64,000 nucleotides of DNA from Planctomycetota bacterium. GTDB lineage: Bacteria > Planctomycetota > Phycisphaerae > Phycisphaerales > Phycisphaeraceae. The position numbers were made by a program, and so were the translations under genes. The stretch spans positions 106,988-170,987 of the forward strand of contig JBCCNL010000001.1 of assembly GCA_039025855.1 (NCBI GenBank), in the 5' to 3' direction. This document shows, in pieces, positions 38,772 to 47,057 of the stretch (positions within the stretch are counted from its first letter, which is position 1; every line of letters begins with the position of its first letter). The notes beneath the pieces are model-generated. The model worked only from the letters and a program-made list of their open reading frames with translations, did no database searches and had not been told where the DNA came from.

Positions 38772-39593
38772 ATGTTCAAAGCCATCGGCCGATACTTCCG
38801 TGCACTGGGTTACCTCGTCACCGGCCGTATCGACGCCGCCCGCAGCGCCCTGTCCACCAGCCCCCACGTGGTCAACGCGACCTACGACCAGATCATCGAC
38901 GACAAGAAGAAGTCGATCCAGCAATACAAAGACGCCATCGCCCGGCTGATCGTGCAGCACGAGGGCAAGATGTCCAAGATCAAGGACGAGAGCGACTCGC
39001 TCAACCGCCTCGAACAGATGAAGGAAGGCGCCGCCGCCAAGGCCCGCTCCGTGGTGGCCGAGATGAAGGCCACCGGCGCGACGCTCGAGCAGATCAAGGC
39101 CGGCGAGGACTACCAGAAGTGCATGCTCGCCTACCAGGACTTCTCCTCGAAGATCGAAGAGAAGACCCCGCGGATCGCTGAGCTCGAATCCGATGTGAAG
39201 GAGATGGACGCGACGATCTCGGGGCACAAGCTGCAGCTCACCGAGATGCTGCGGGAGATCGAAAACCTCCGCGGCGAGCAGGCCGAGGCGGTCGCCGAGA
39301 TCATCACCGCCAAGGAGACCGCCGAGCTGAACGACATGCTCTCGGGCATCAGCAAGGACCGCACGTCGCGTGAGCTGGCCGACATGCGTCAGCTCCGCGA
39401 GGAGATGAAGGCCAAGGCCAAGGTCTCCAAGGAGCTGGCCGGCACCGACACGAAGGTGCAGGAGGACGAGTTCGTCCGGTATGCCCAGGAGAGCAAGACC
39501 TCCGATGAGTTCGACGCGTTGATCGGGCTGGCTGAAGAAGCGGACAACGCGACCCCCGACAACCCAGAGCGCGAGCCCCGGCTGCCGGAGTAG
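38772..39593 (+). CDS. PspA/IM30 (Vipp1, ESCRT-III-like) family coiled-coil protein, putative.
   Basis: 273-aa all-helical protein. N-terminal amphipathic 'MFKAIGRYFRAL'. 'KAGEDYQKCMLAYQD' resembles the conserved PspA 'kaGrEDLAReAL' motif. GGAG lies before the ATG. Confidence 0.5.
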   Translation: MFKAIGRYFRALGYLVTGRIDAARSALSTSPHVVNATYDQIIDDKKKSIQQYKDAIARLIVQHEGKMSKIKDESDSLNRLEQMKEGAAAKARSVVAEMKATGATLEQIKAGEDYQKCMLAYQDFSSKIEEKTPRIAELESDVKEMDATISGHKLQLTEMLREIENLRGEQAEAVAEIITAKETAELNDMLSGISKDRTSRELADMRQLREEMKAKAKVSKELAGTDTKVQEDEFVRYAQESKTSDEFDALIGLAEEADNATPDNPEREPRLPE

Positions 39594-39618
39594 ACCACCA
39601 CTGGTCCAACTCCAGCGG

Positions 39619-41436
39619 GTGACGCGTGGTGCCTTTGTCCGGTCGTCGATGAATACTCCCCCGCCACAACACGCCTTCTTCAGCGACCTCGCCCGCATGC
39701 TCAACGCCGGGCAGTCGCGCAGTGTCATGCTGACCGGCGAGGTCCACGACCTGTTCTACCTTGAGGCCGCCGACCGCTACGTCCCGCTGGTCCCCTACCT
39801 CTGCCGGCGATGCTCGGTCGAGGGCGTCGTCCCCCTGGTCTACGAGCTCAACGGCCCGATCCGCTGCACCAACGCCGGCGACCGCAGAACCCTCAAAGAA
39901 GCATGGGTCCGCTGGAAGACCGGCCAATCCCTCGACCAGCTCATCCTCCAATCGCTCAACGACGAGTCGGCCCGCCAGCGCCGCGAGTCCCTCGAAGAAC
40001 AGTTCGACCGACTCACCGCCGAGGCCGCCGGCCGACCCACCGCCGCCCTCGAGATGCTTCGGCAACTCACGCTCTGCTCCCGCGCACAAGCGGCACTCGG
40101 CGGCAAGCGGTTCCGGCTGCTCATCCTGGTCGAGGCCGCCGATATGCTCCTCCCCGCGGCCGACGGCGACATCACTCGGCTCAGCGCCAGCGACCGCCAG
40201 CGCGTCGCCATCTGCCAAGACTGGTTCAGCGATCCCGCCTTCATGGAGGGCGACGACAGCGTGGTACTCCTCGCCGAGTCCCGCAGCGCCATCCACCCCC
40301 GCGTCACCCGCCTGCCCCAGATGCTCACCGTCGAGGTCCCTGCCCCCGACGAGGCCCGGCGTGCCTTCTACATCGAACGCTTCACCCGCGACCGCCCGGT
40401 CAAAATCGACATGGGCACCGACGGCCTCGCCCGCCTCTCCGCCGGGCTTTCGCTGCACGCGTTGCGTCAGCTCCTGGTCGCCTCCGCCCACACCGGCACA
40501 TCCATCACCCACCACGCGGTCATCGACCTCGTCGAGCACCACATCACCAGCGCCCTCGGCGAGGGCGTCGTCGAGTTCAGCAAACCCTCGCACACCCTCG
40601 ACGATGTCGTGGGTCACCGCCGGCTGCGCGCGTTCCTCAACGACGAGCTGATCCCCCGCATCAAGTCGACCGGCGAAGACGCCCTGCCCGGCGCCGCGAT
40701 CGCCGGCCCAATCGGCTCGGGCAAGACCTTCGTCTTCGAGGCCGTCGCGGGCGGGCTCGGCCTCCCCGTCCTCGTGCTCAAGAACATCCGCAGCCAATAC
40801 TTCGGGCAGACCGACGTCATCTTCGAGAAGCTCCGACGCGTCCTCGAAGCGCTCGGCAAGGTCATCCTGTTTGTCGACGAGGCCGACACCCAGTTCGGCG
40901 GCGTCGGCGGCGACGCCCACCCCACCGAACGCCGGCTCACCGGCAAAATCCAGGCTTTGATGAGCGACCCCAAGCTCCGCGGCCGAGTCGTCTGGCTGCT
41001 CATGACCGCACGCATCGAACGCCTCAGCCCCGACATCCGACGCCCCGGCCGAGTGGGCGACCTCATCATCCCCGTGCTCGACCCCGCCCCGGGCAGCGAC
41101 GATCGCCGCGACTTCCTCCGCTGGGTCCTCAAGGGCGTCTTCGACCACCCCGACGACGCACTCCTCAATGAACTCGACCAGCTCACCCCCGGCTACTCCG
41201 CCGCCGCCTTCGCCGCCCTCCGCTCACTGCTCAAAGCCAAGGCCGCCGCGCAAGGCCAGCTCGACGCCGCCACCATCCGTGAGGTCGTCGCCGACGTCAT
41301 CCCCGCCGACATCGGCGACCAACGCGAACGCCAGACCCTCCAGGCCCTGCTCAACTGCACCCGCCGATCACTCCTGCCCGACCCGGACATCGACGAGTCC
41401 ACCCGCGAGGCGTGGCGGCGAGCCCTCGGCCAGTGA
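39619..41436 (+). CDS. Classic-clade AAA ATPase with a ~330-aa N-terminal (degenerate ATPase-like/substrate) domain.
   Basis: Walker A 'GPIGSGKTFV', Walker B 'VILFVDEAD', second region of homology 'RPGRVGDLIIPVLDP'. GTG at 39619; an alternative ATG lies at 39649. Confidence 0.8.
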   Translation: MTRGAFVRSSMNTPPPQHAFFSDLARMLNAGQSRSVMLTGEVHDLFYLEAADRYVPLVPYLCRRCSVEGVVPLVYELNGPIRCTNAGDRRTLKEAWVRWKTGQSLDQLILQSLNDESARQRRESLEEQFDRLTAEAAGRPTAALEMLRQLTLCSRAQAALGGKRFRLLILVEAADMLLPAADGDITRLSASDRQRVAICQDWFSDPAFMEGDDSVVLLAESRSAIHPRVTRLPQMLTVEVPAPDEARRAFYIERFTRDRPVKIDMGTDGLARLSAGLSLHALRQLLVASAHTGTSITHHAVIDLVEHHITSALGEGVVEFSKPSHTLDDVVGHRRLRAFLNDELIPRIKSTGEDALPGAAIAGPIGSGKTFVFEAVAGGLGLPVLVLKNIRSQYFGQTDVIFEKLRRVLEALGKVILFVDEADTQFGGVGGDAHPTERRLTGKIQALMSDPKLRGRVVWLLMTARIERLSPDIRRPGRVGDLIIPVLDPAPGSDDRRDFLRWVLKGVFDHPDDALLNELDQLTPGYSAAAFAALRSLLKAKAAAQGQLDAATIREVVADVIPADIGDQRERQTLQALLNCTRRSLLPDPDIDESTREAWRRALGQ

Positions 41437-41545
41437 TCACGACCGGTTCAATCCCTCAACCGCACTTCCGCAGCGCACCGGCCACCACCCCACCGCCGGC
41501 GACAAGTCTGCCATGATGTAGCGTCCTCTCCTCAGGACTCTTCCC

Positions 41546-42712
41546 ATGAAAATCACCGATGTCAAAGTCTGGCTCGTCCGCGGCGTCAAATACAACTGGA
41601 CCCTCCTCAAGGTCTACACCGACACCGGACACACCGGCGTCGGCGAAGCCACCAACTGGCCCGGCTCACCCATCATCGAGGCCGCCGCTAAGCACGTCGG
41701 GCAGCGCGTCATCGGGCTCGACCCCATGCGCACCGACTTCATCTGGACCAAGCTCTACCGCGACCTCAACTGGATCGGGCCCTACGGCGCCAGCCTCTGC
41801 GCCATCTCCGGCCTCGACATGGCCCTGCTCGACCTCAAGGGCAAAGTCCTCGGCACCCCCTGCTACCAACTCCTCGGCGGTGCCTACCGCACCGAGCTCC
41901 TGCTCTACGCCAACTACTGGTTCGATCGCGGCGAACACACCCCCGAGGACTACGCCAAGCAGGCCCAGGCCGTGGTCGACGCCGGCTTCACCGGGCTCAA
42001 GTTCGACCCCTTCGCCCACACCAACTACCTCTACGGCGACCACCTCTCCGACAACCTCACCCTCACCCCCGCACAACAAGACCTCGCCTACAACCTCACC
42101 GCCGCCGTCCGCGAAACCGTCGGCCCCGACTTCGAGATGATGATCGAGACCCACGCCATGCTCAACGGTGACATCGCCGTCAAGATGGCCGAACGCCTCG
42201 GGCCCCTCGGCGTCACCTGGTACGAAGAACCCGCCGGCCCCGAGAGCGCCGAGACCCTCGCCGCCCTCCGAAGGCGCCTGCCCAGCAATATCCCCATCAC
42301 CGTCGGCGAACGCCACTACACCCGCCACGCCTTCCGACCCATCTTCGAGAAGCACGTCTGCGATGTCGTCATGCCCGACGTCACCCGCTGCGGCGGTCCC
42401 TCCGAACTCAAGCGCATCGCCACCATGGCTGAGGCCTACAACGTCCTCATCGCTCCGCACAACCCCAACGGCCCGCTCTGCACCCTCGCCAGCGCCCACG
42501 TCTGCGCGTCGATCCCCAACTTCTTCCGCTGCGAGTTCATGTTCATGGACGTCCCGTGGCGCGACACCGTCATCGACCACCCCCTCGACGTCCGCGACGG
42601 CAAGCTCCACCTCTCCGATCGCCCGGGCCTCGGCGTCGACCTCGTCGAAGACGAGATGGAAAAACACCCCGGCGTCCGCGACGTCAGCGAGATCCACAAC
42701 TTCTACGTCTGA
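41546..42712 (+). CDS. Mandelate racemase/muconate lactonizing enzyme family protein (enolase superfamily; acid-sugar dehydratase or cycloisomerase type).
   Basis: Capping domain plus TIM barrel with conserved metal ligands ('KFDPF', 'ETHAM..D', 'WYEEP'). ATG at 41546. Confidence 0.8.
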   Translation: MKITDVKVWLVRGVKYNWTLLKVYTDTGHTGVGEATNWPGSPIIEAAAKHVGQRVIGLDPMRTDFIWTKLYRDLNWIGPYGASLCAISGLDMALLDLKGKVLGTPCYQLLGGAYRTELLLYANYWFDRGEHTPEDYAKQAQAVVDAGFTGLKFDPFAHTNYLYGDHLSDNLTLTPAQQDLAYNLTAAVRETVGPDFEMMIETHAMLNGDIAVKMAERLGPLGVTWYEEPAGPESAETLAALRRRLPSNIPITVGERHYTRHAFRPIFEKHVCDVVMPDVTRCGGPSELKRIATMAEAYNVLIAPHNPNGPLCTLASAHVCASIPNFFRCEFMFMDVPWRDTVIDHPLDVRDGKLHLSDRPGLGVDLVEDEMEKHPGVRDVSEIHNFYV

Positions 42713-42715
42713 CCC

Positions 42716-44794
42716 TCAGAAACTCAACCGCTCCGCGTGCTCTTCATCGCGCACCAACACCTGCCGCCGCTGGTGCGTCGCCATGCGTCCCGCCCGACGC
42801 TGCGCCGCCCGGAACAGCCACCCCAACACCCACCCCGGTAGACGCACCGGCACCGACTTCAACAGCCGCCGACGCACCGGCGTGAACTTCACCAGCAGCG
42901 GATCGTCCAGGCTCGTGATCACCGTCGCCGTCCCCGGCTCGCCCTGCCGTGCGCTGCGACCTTCAAGCTGCCGATCTACCCGGCGTGACTCGTGACGATC
43001 CGTCGCAATCACCGCCAGCCCGCCCCGCTCGACCACGCCCTCAGGCAGCTTGATGTCCGTCCCCCGACCCGCCATGTTCGTCGCCACCGTCACCCGCCCC
43101 AGCTGCCCCGCCTCCGCGACAATCGCCGCCTCCTGCTCGTGCAGGTGCGCGTTTAGCACCGCATGCGGAACGCCCGCGCCCGTCAGCCGAACGCTCAGGC
43201 TCTGGCTGTCATCCACACTCCGCGTGCCCACCAGCACGGGCCGACCCGCAGCGTGCATTTCCCTCGTCAGCTCTGTCACCGCGTCCCACTTGGCATCCAA
43301 CGTCGGCAGCGGCCGAACAGTCTGGGTCTCGCGGCGGCATACCCGGTGCGTCGGGATCCGCACCGTCTGCATCCGATAGGTCCGCCAAAGCTCCGCCCGT
43401 TCTCCCCACGCGGTCCCGGTCATCCCGCTCAGCCGGCGGTACAGCCGGAAGAACCGCTGGAAGCTGATCGCCGCCAGCGTGTGGTTCAGGTCGCTGACCT
43501 CCAGGCCCTCCTTCGACTCGACCGCCTGGTGCAGCCCCGCCTGCCACGTGCGGTCGGGCATCAGCCGGCCCGTGCTCTCGTCCACAATCACCACCTTGCC
43601 ATCCTGCACCACGTACTGGTCGTCGCGCAGATACAGGTACTGCGCCACCAACGCCTGATACACCCGCTCTTCCAGGCGACGCACCGGGCTACGGTCCGCA
43701 TCGCCTCTCGAACCCACCAACCGCTTGATGTGTTGCCGACCCGCCTGCGTCAGGCGCAGGTCCCGGTGCCGCCGATCCAGCCGGAAGTCGCGGTCGGGCT
43801 GCAGCCGCGCCGCCAACGCCGTGGCGTCCCGATACGTGAACTCCCGGGCGTCGCCGCCCGGTGCCGTATCCGCCTTCGGCCCCGAAATAATCAACGGCGT
43901 CGTCGACTCATCAAGCAAGATCGAGTCGGCCTCGTCAATGATCGCCGCCTCACCGCGGAAGAACCGGCCCTGCGACCGCGTCGACTCACCCGTCAGGTTC
44001 CGGGCCAGAACCGAAGCGAGCGGCATCGACGCACGATCGGTCTGCGCCTGTTCCTGCAGCAGGTCACGCAGGTAGTCCGCGGCCGCCTCCTTGTGCGTCG
44101 TGTACGTGATGTCGGCCGCATACGCGCTGCCCCGATCGTGAGGCGGCGTGCCACCCGTGATGTAAGCCACGCGCAGCCCCGCGCCGCCAAACAACGGCTT
44201 GGCCCACTGGGCGTCCCGTTTAGCCAGGTAGTCGTTCACGGTGAAGACGTGACAACCCCGGCCGTGCCACCCGACCAGGCAGGCGGCCAGCGCCGCCACC
44301 AGCGTCTTGCCCTCGCCCGTCGCCATCTCCGTCATCCGGCCATCCAGCAACGCCGCGGCCGCCGCGACCTGCACGCGGTACGCATTGAGCCCCAGGGTCC
44401 GCCGCGCCGCCTCCCGGATCAGCGCGAGCGCTTCAACCCGCTGCTCGACCGTGACCGACCCTCGCCGAAACACCGCACGCTGCTCCGCCAGCCGCCCGCT
44501 CAACGCATCGATGTGCAACTCCCTGCACACCGCCTCCTGCGCGAGCACGCGGTCCGCCAAACGCAGATAACGACGCACCGAACACCGCCCCGCAACCAGG
44601 TGCGACGCGACCCACTCGTACACCGCATCGGCATGCCGACGCGGCTTCGCCGGCTGCCGGTTATGCGATCGGCTCCGCCACGCCTCCCCATCACGCCACA
44701 GCTTCGCCAGCGCCGGCGTCTGCAACTCACCCGGCCGCGCTACGCCCACGGGCTGGTTCGGGTCAGACGGGAACAGCGTGGTCAGGCTCGACAT
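42716..44794 (-). CDS. SecA-like ATPase paralogue (NBD1-PPXD-NBD2-partial HSD; the C-terminal ~200 aa of canonical SecA is absent).
   Basis: 'TEMATGEGKTLVAALA...VNDYLAKRDAQW', 'IIDEADSILLDESTTPLIISG' and 'GMTGTA...ATNMAGRGTDI' align to SecA motor motifs. The ATG at 44794 overlaps the upstream stop by 1 nt (TGATG). Confidence 0.75.
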   Translation of the reverse strand: MSSLTTLFPSDPNQPVGVARPGELQTPALAKLWRDGEAWRSRSHNRQPAKPRRHADAVYEWVASHLVAGRCSVRRYLRLADRVLAQEAVCRELHIDALSGRLAEQRAVFRRGSVTVEQRVEALALIREAARRTLGLNAYRVQVAAAAALLDGRMTEMATGEGKTLVAALAACLVGWHGRGCHVFTVNDYLAKRDAQWAKPLFGGAGLRVAYITGGTPPHDRGSAYAADITYTTHKEAAADYLRDLLQEQAQTDRASMPLASVLARNLTGESTRSQGRFFRGEAAIIDEADSILLDESTTPLIISGPKADTAPGGDAREFTYRDATALAARLQPDRDFRLDRRHRDLRLTQAGRQHIKRLVGSRGDADRSPVRRLEERVYQALVAQYLYLRDDQYVVQDGKVVIVDESTGRLMPDRTWQAGLHQAVESKEGLEVSDLNHTLAAISFQRFFRLYRRLSGMTGTAWGERAELWRTYRMQTVRIPTHRVCRRETQTVRPLPTLDAKWDAVTELTREMHAAGRPVLVGTRSVDDSQSLSVRLTGAGVPHAVLNAHLHEQEAAIVAEAGQLGRVTVATNMAGRGTDIKLPEGVVERGGLAVIATDRHESRRVDRQLEGRSARQGEPGTATVITSLDDPLLVKFTPVRRRLLKSVPVRLPGWVLGWLFRAAQRRAGRMATHQRRQVLVRDEEHAERLSF

Positions 44795-47031
44795 CAGAGA
44801 CTCAGCCCCAGCGGGGACGCGTTCGGATCGCCCGGCACCTGGAACCGCCGCTGCAACACCTGCCGCGCCGAGCGGTACCACTGCTGCAGCAGCGGCTTGT
44901 CCGGCAGGCTGAAACGCACCACCACCGTCTGCCCGTGCTGCATCGCCCAGGCGACCTGCTCCGCATCCGCCGCCTCACCCAGCTCGGGTTCGATCACGAT
45001 CTCGAAGTACGGCTCGGCCGCGGTCGTCCCCTGCGGGTCCGTCGGGTCGGTCGCGATCTGCCCCCCCGCCGCCTCCGACAACGCCGCCGAAGGCAGCCGA
45101 CGCTGACCCGCGGGCATCGCCTGCACCACCCGGCCCGAAAAACCACGGTCGGGCTGATCGGTCGGACGCACCTCCACCCGGTGATCCGCCTGCAACAAAC
45201 GCGGCCCCTCAAACTGATCCGCCGCCACCCGCACCGTCAGCCGACCCGTCTCCGCCAACACGCCAACCGGTTCACCCCGCCGCACATAGTGCCCCTGCAC
45301 ATCGTCATCCAGTGCCGGCGTCCACGTCCCCGCGAATCCCGCCGTCATCACCAGCGACGCCCGCCGCTCCCGCGCCTTCGCCAGAAGGTCCCGTGTCGCC
45401 GCCAGCTGCTCCGCAATCACCTGCCGCTGGATCGGCTCCTCCACCACCGCCCGGCGATACCGCGCTTCCAGCAACGCCTGCCGCGCCTCCAGCTCCAACA
45501 CCTCCGCGTCCAGCCGGGGGTTCGCCGCCGACACCAGCACCCCCCCCGCCGACACCTCCGCATCCGACCCCGCGATCGATTCCACAAACCCCTCCGCCTC
45601 GGCATGCACCGTCACCAGCCGTGCCGGCTCCAACACCCCCAGCGCCCTCGGCCGGTCCGGCACCGGCACCCACCCCAACACCAGCAACGGCCCGCCGATC
45701 ATCAACACCGTCGCCAGCACCGCCCGCCCACGCACCCGCGCCGGCTCCGGCGACGCGCTCAGGTAATGCACCAGCTTGATCGACGGGATCACCAGATACC
45801 CCACCAACGCCAAGATCACAAAGATCGCCCCAATGAAGAACAGCTTGTCCGCCACAAACATGATGATCACCACGCCAAGGAACAGCCGGTACGCCAACGA
45901 CGCCAGCCCGAACACCACAAACCAGAAGCGCTCCTTGAGGTTCCCACCCGCCGCCGGATTGATCAGCTGCCGCACCCCGTAGACATACCGCCGGATTAGG
46001 TACGTCATGTACTGCTGCGCACGCTGATACAGGTTCGGCGTCTCGATGACATCGGACAGGATGTAGTAACCATCAAACTTGATCAGTGGGTTCGCGTTGA
46101 ACAGGATCGTCGACACACCAGCGATGAAGATCAGGTTGTAAGCCAACGCGTGGGCCAGCGTCCCGTCCGCCGTCTGCGACCAGACCACCGCCGCCACCGC
46201 CGCCACCGCGAGCTCGGCATACATCCCCGCCGCCCCCACAAACGCCCGCTGCCATTTGCTCGGAAGCGTCCACGCACTCGTCGCATCGACATACGGCACC
46301 GGCGTCAACACCATCAGCATGATCCCCACCGTGTGCACCTCGCCCTGCCCGTGACGCCGACGCCCGAACCGCTTGCACGCAAACGCATGCCCCAACTCGT
46401 GCAGCAGCTTGATCCCCACCAGACACACGTAAAGCCAAATCAAGTTCTGCGGCGCAAGCACATTCCCCGTCTGCGCCCACAGCTCATCAAACCGCCCCAG
46501 CAACGACCACCCACCCAGCACCAGCAGCCCGGCCCACAGCACCCAGCCCACCGGCCCAAACAACCAGGCCACCGCCGGCAGCCAACGATTCAAAAACCGG
46601 TCCGGGTCCCAGATCGGCACCCGCGCAAACAACAGGTTCTTGAGATACCCACCCACCTCCTTGCGGATCCGCTTCTGCCGCCGTTCAAACATCCGCCCCG
46701 CGTCCGGTGACAGCTCGTGGTCCAACAAGTTGCTCGTGTGCAGCTGCCCGATCAGCCGCAGCGCCTCGCCCTGTGTTGGCGCCTCGTCCTCGAGCTGTTC
46801 CTGTACCGCTTCCCACGCGTCCTGGATGCTCCGACGCCCGTCGAGCAGCCCGACAAACCGATACCCCGCTGCGCTCAGCCGGAAGTGCTGGTTGTTCGAC
46901 GGGTCCATCACCACGTACCACTGCCTACCGCGATATTGCTGACGACCGCACTGCACCGTCGAGCGCAGCCTCGGCTTCGTCTCCGCAATGCGGTGCCAGG
47001 AGTCGTCGTAGGTCGGCCGTTCAAACGCCAA
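44794..47031 (-). CDS. Fusion of a site-2-protease (peptidase M50) transmembrane domain with a HlyD-type periplasmic adaptor (membrane-fusion protein).
   Basis: 'LLHELGHAFACKRFG' (HExxH) and 'NANPLIKFDGYYIL' (the S2P LDG motif) lie in TM segments. The C-terminal half has biotinyl/lipoyl-like and beta-barrel MFP segments. Start is TTG at 47031 or downstream. Confidence 0.7.
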   Translation of the reverse strand: MAFERPTYDDSWHRIAETKPRLRSTVQCGRQQYRGRQWYVVMDPSNNQHFRLSAAGYRFVGLLDGRRSIQDAWEAVQEQLEDEAPTQGEALRLIGQLHTSNLLDHELSPDAGRMFERRQKRIRKEVGGYLKNLLFARVPIWDPDRFLNRWLPAVAWLFGPVGWVLWAGLLVLGGWSLLGRFDELWAQTGNVLAPQNLIWLYVCLVGIKLLHELGHAFACKRFGRRRHGQGEVHTVGIMLMVLTPVPYVDATSAWTLPSKWQRAFVGAAGMYAELAVAAVAAVVWSQTADGTLAHALAYNLIFIAGVSTILFNANPLIKFDGYYILSDVIETPNLYQRAQQYMTYLIRRYVYGVRQLINPAAGGNLKERFWFVVFGLASLAYRLFLGVVIIMFVADKLFFIGAIFVILALVGYLVIPSIKLVHYLSASPEPARVRGRAVLATVLMIGGPLLVLGWVPVPDRPRALGVLEPARLVTVHAEAEGFVESIAGSDAEVSAGGVLVSAANPRLDAEVLELEARQALLEARYRRAVVEEPIQRQVIAEQLAATRDLLAKARERRASLVMTAGFAGTWTPALDDDVQGHYVRRGEPVGVLAETGRLTVRVAADQFEGPRLLQADHRVEVRPTDQPDRGFSGRVVQAMPAGQRRLPSAALSEAAGGQIATDPTDPQGTTAAEPYFEIVIEPELGEAADAEQVAWAMQHGQTVVVRFSLPDKPLLQQWYRSARQVLQRRFQVPGDPNASPLGLSL

Positions 47032-47057
47032 TGCAGAACCTCAATCGTCAATCGGCG

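Noticed and set aside
39349-41171. ORFs 39349..41148 (-, 599 aa) and 39810..41171 (+, 453 aa).
   Set aside because: They are alternate frames of the AAA ATPase gene, whose frame has Walker A, Walker B and SRH motifs.
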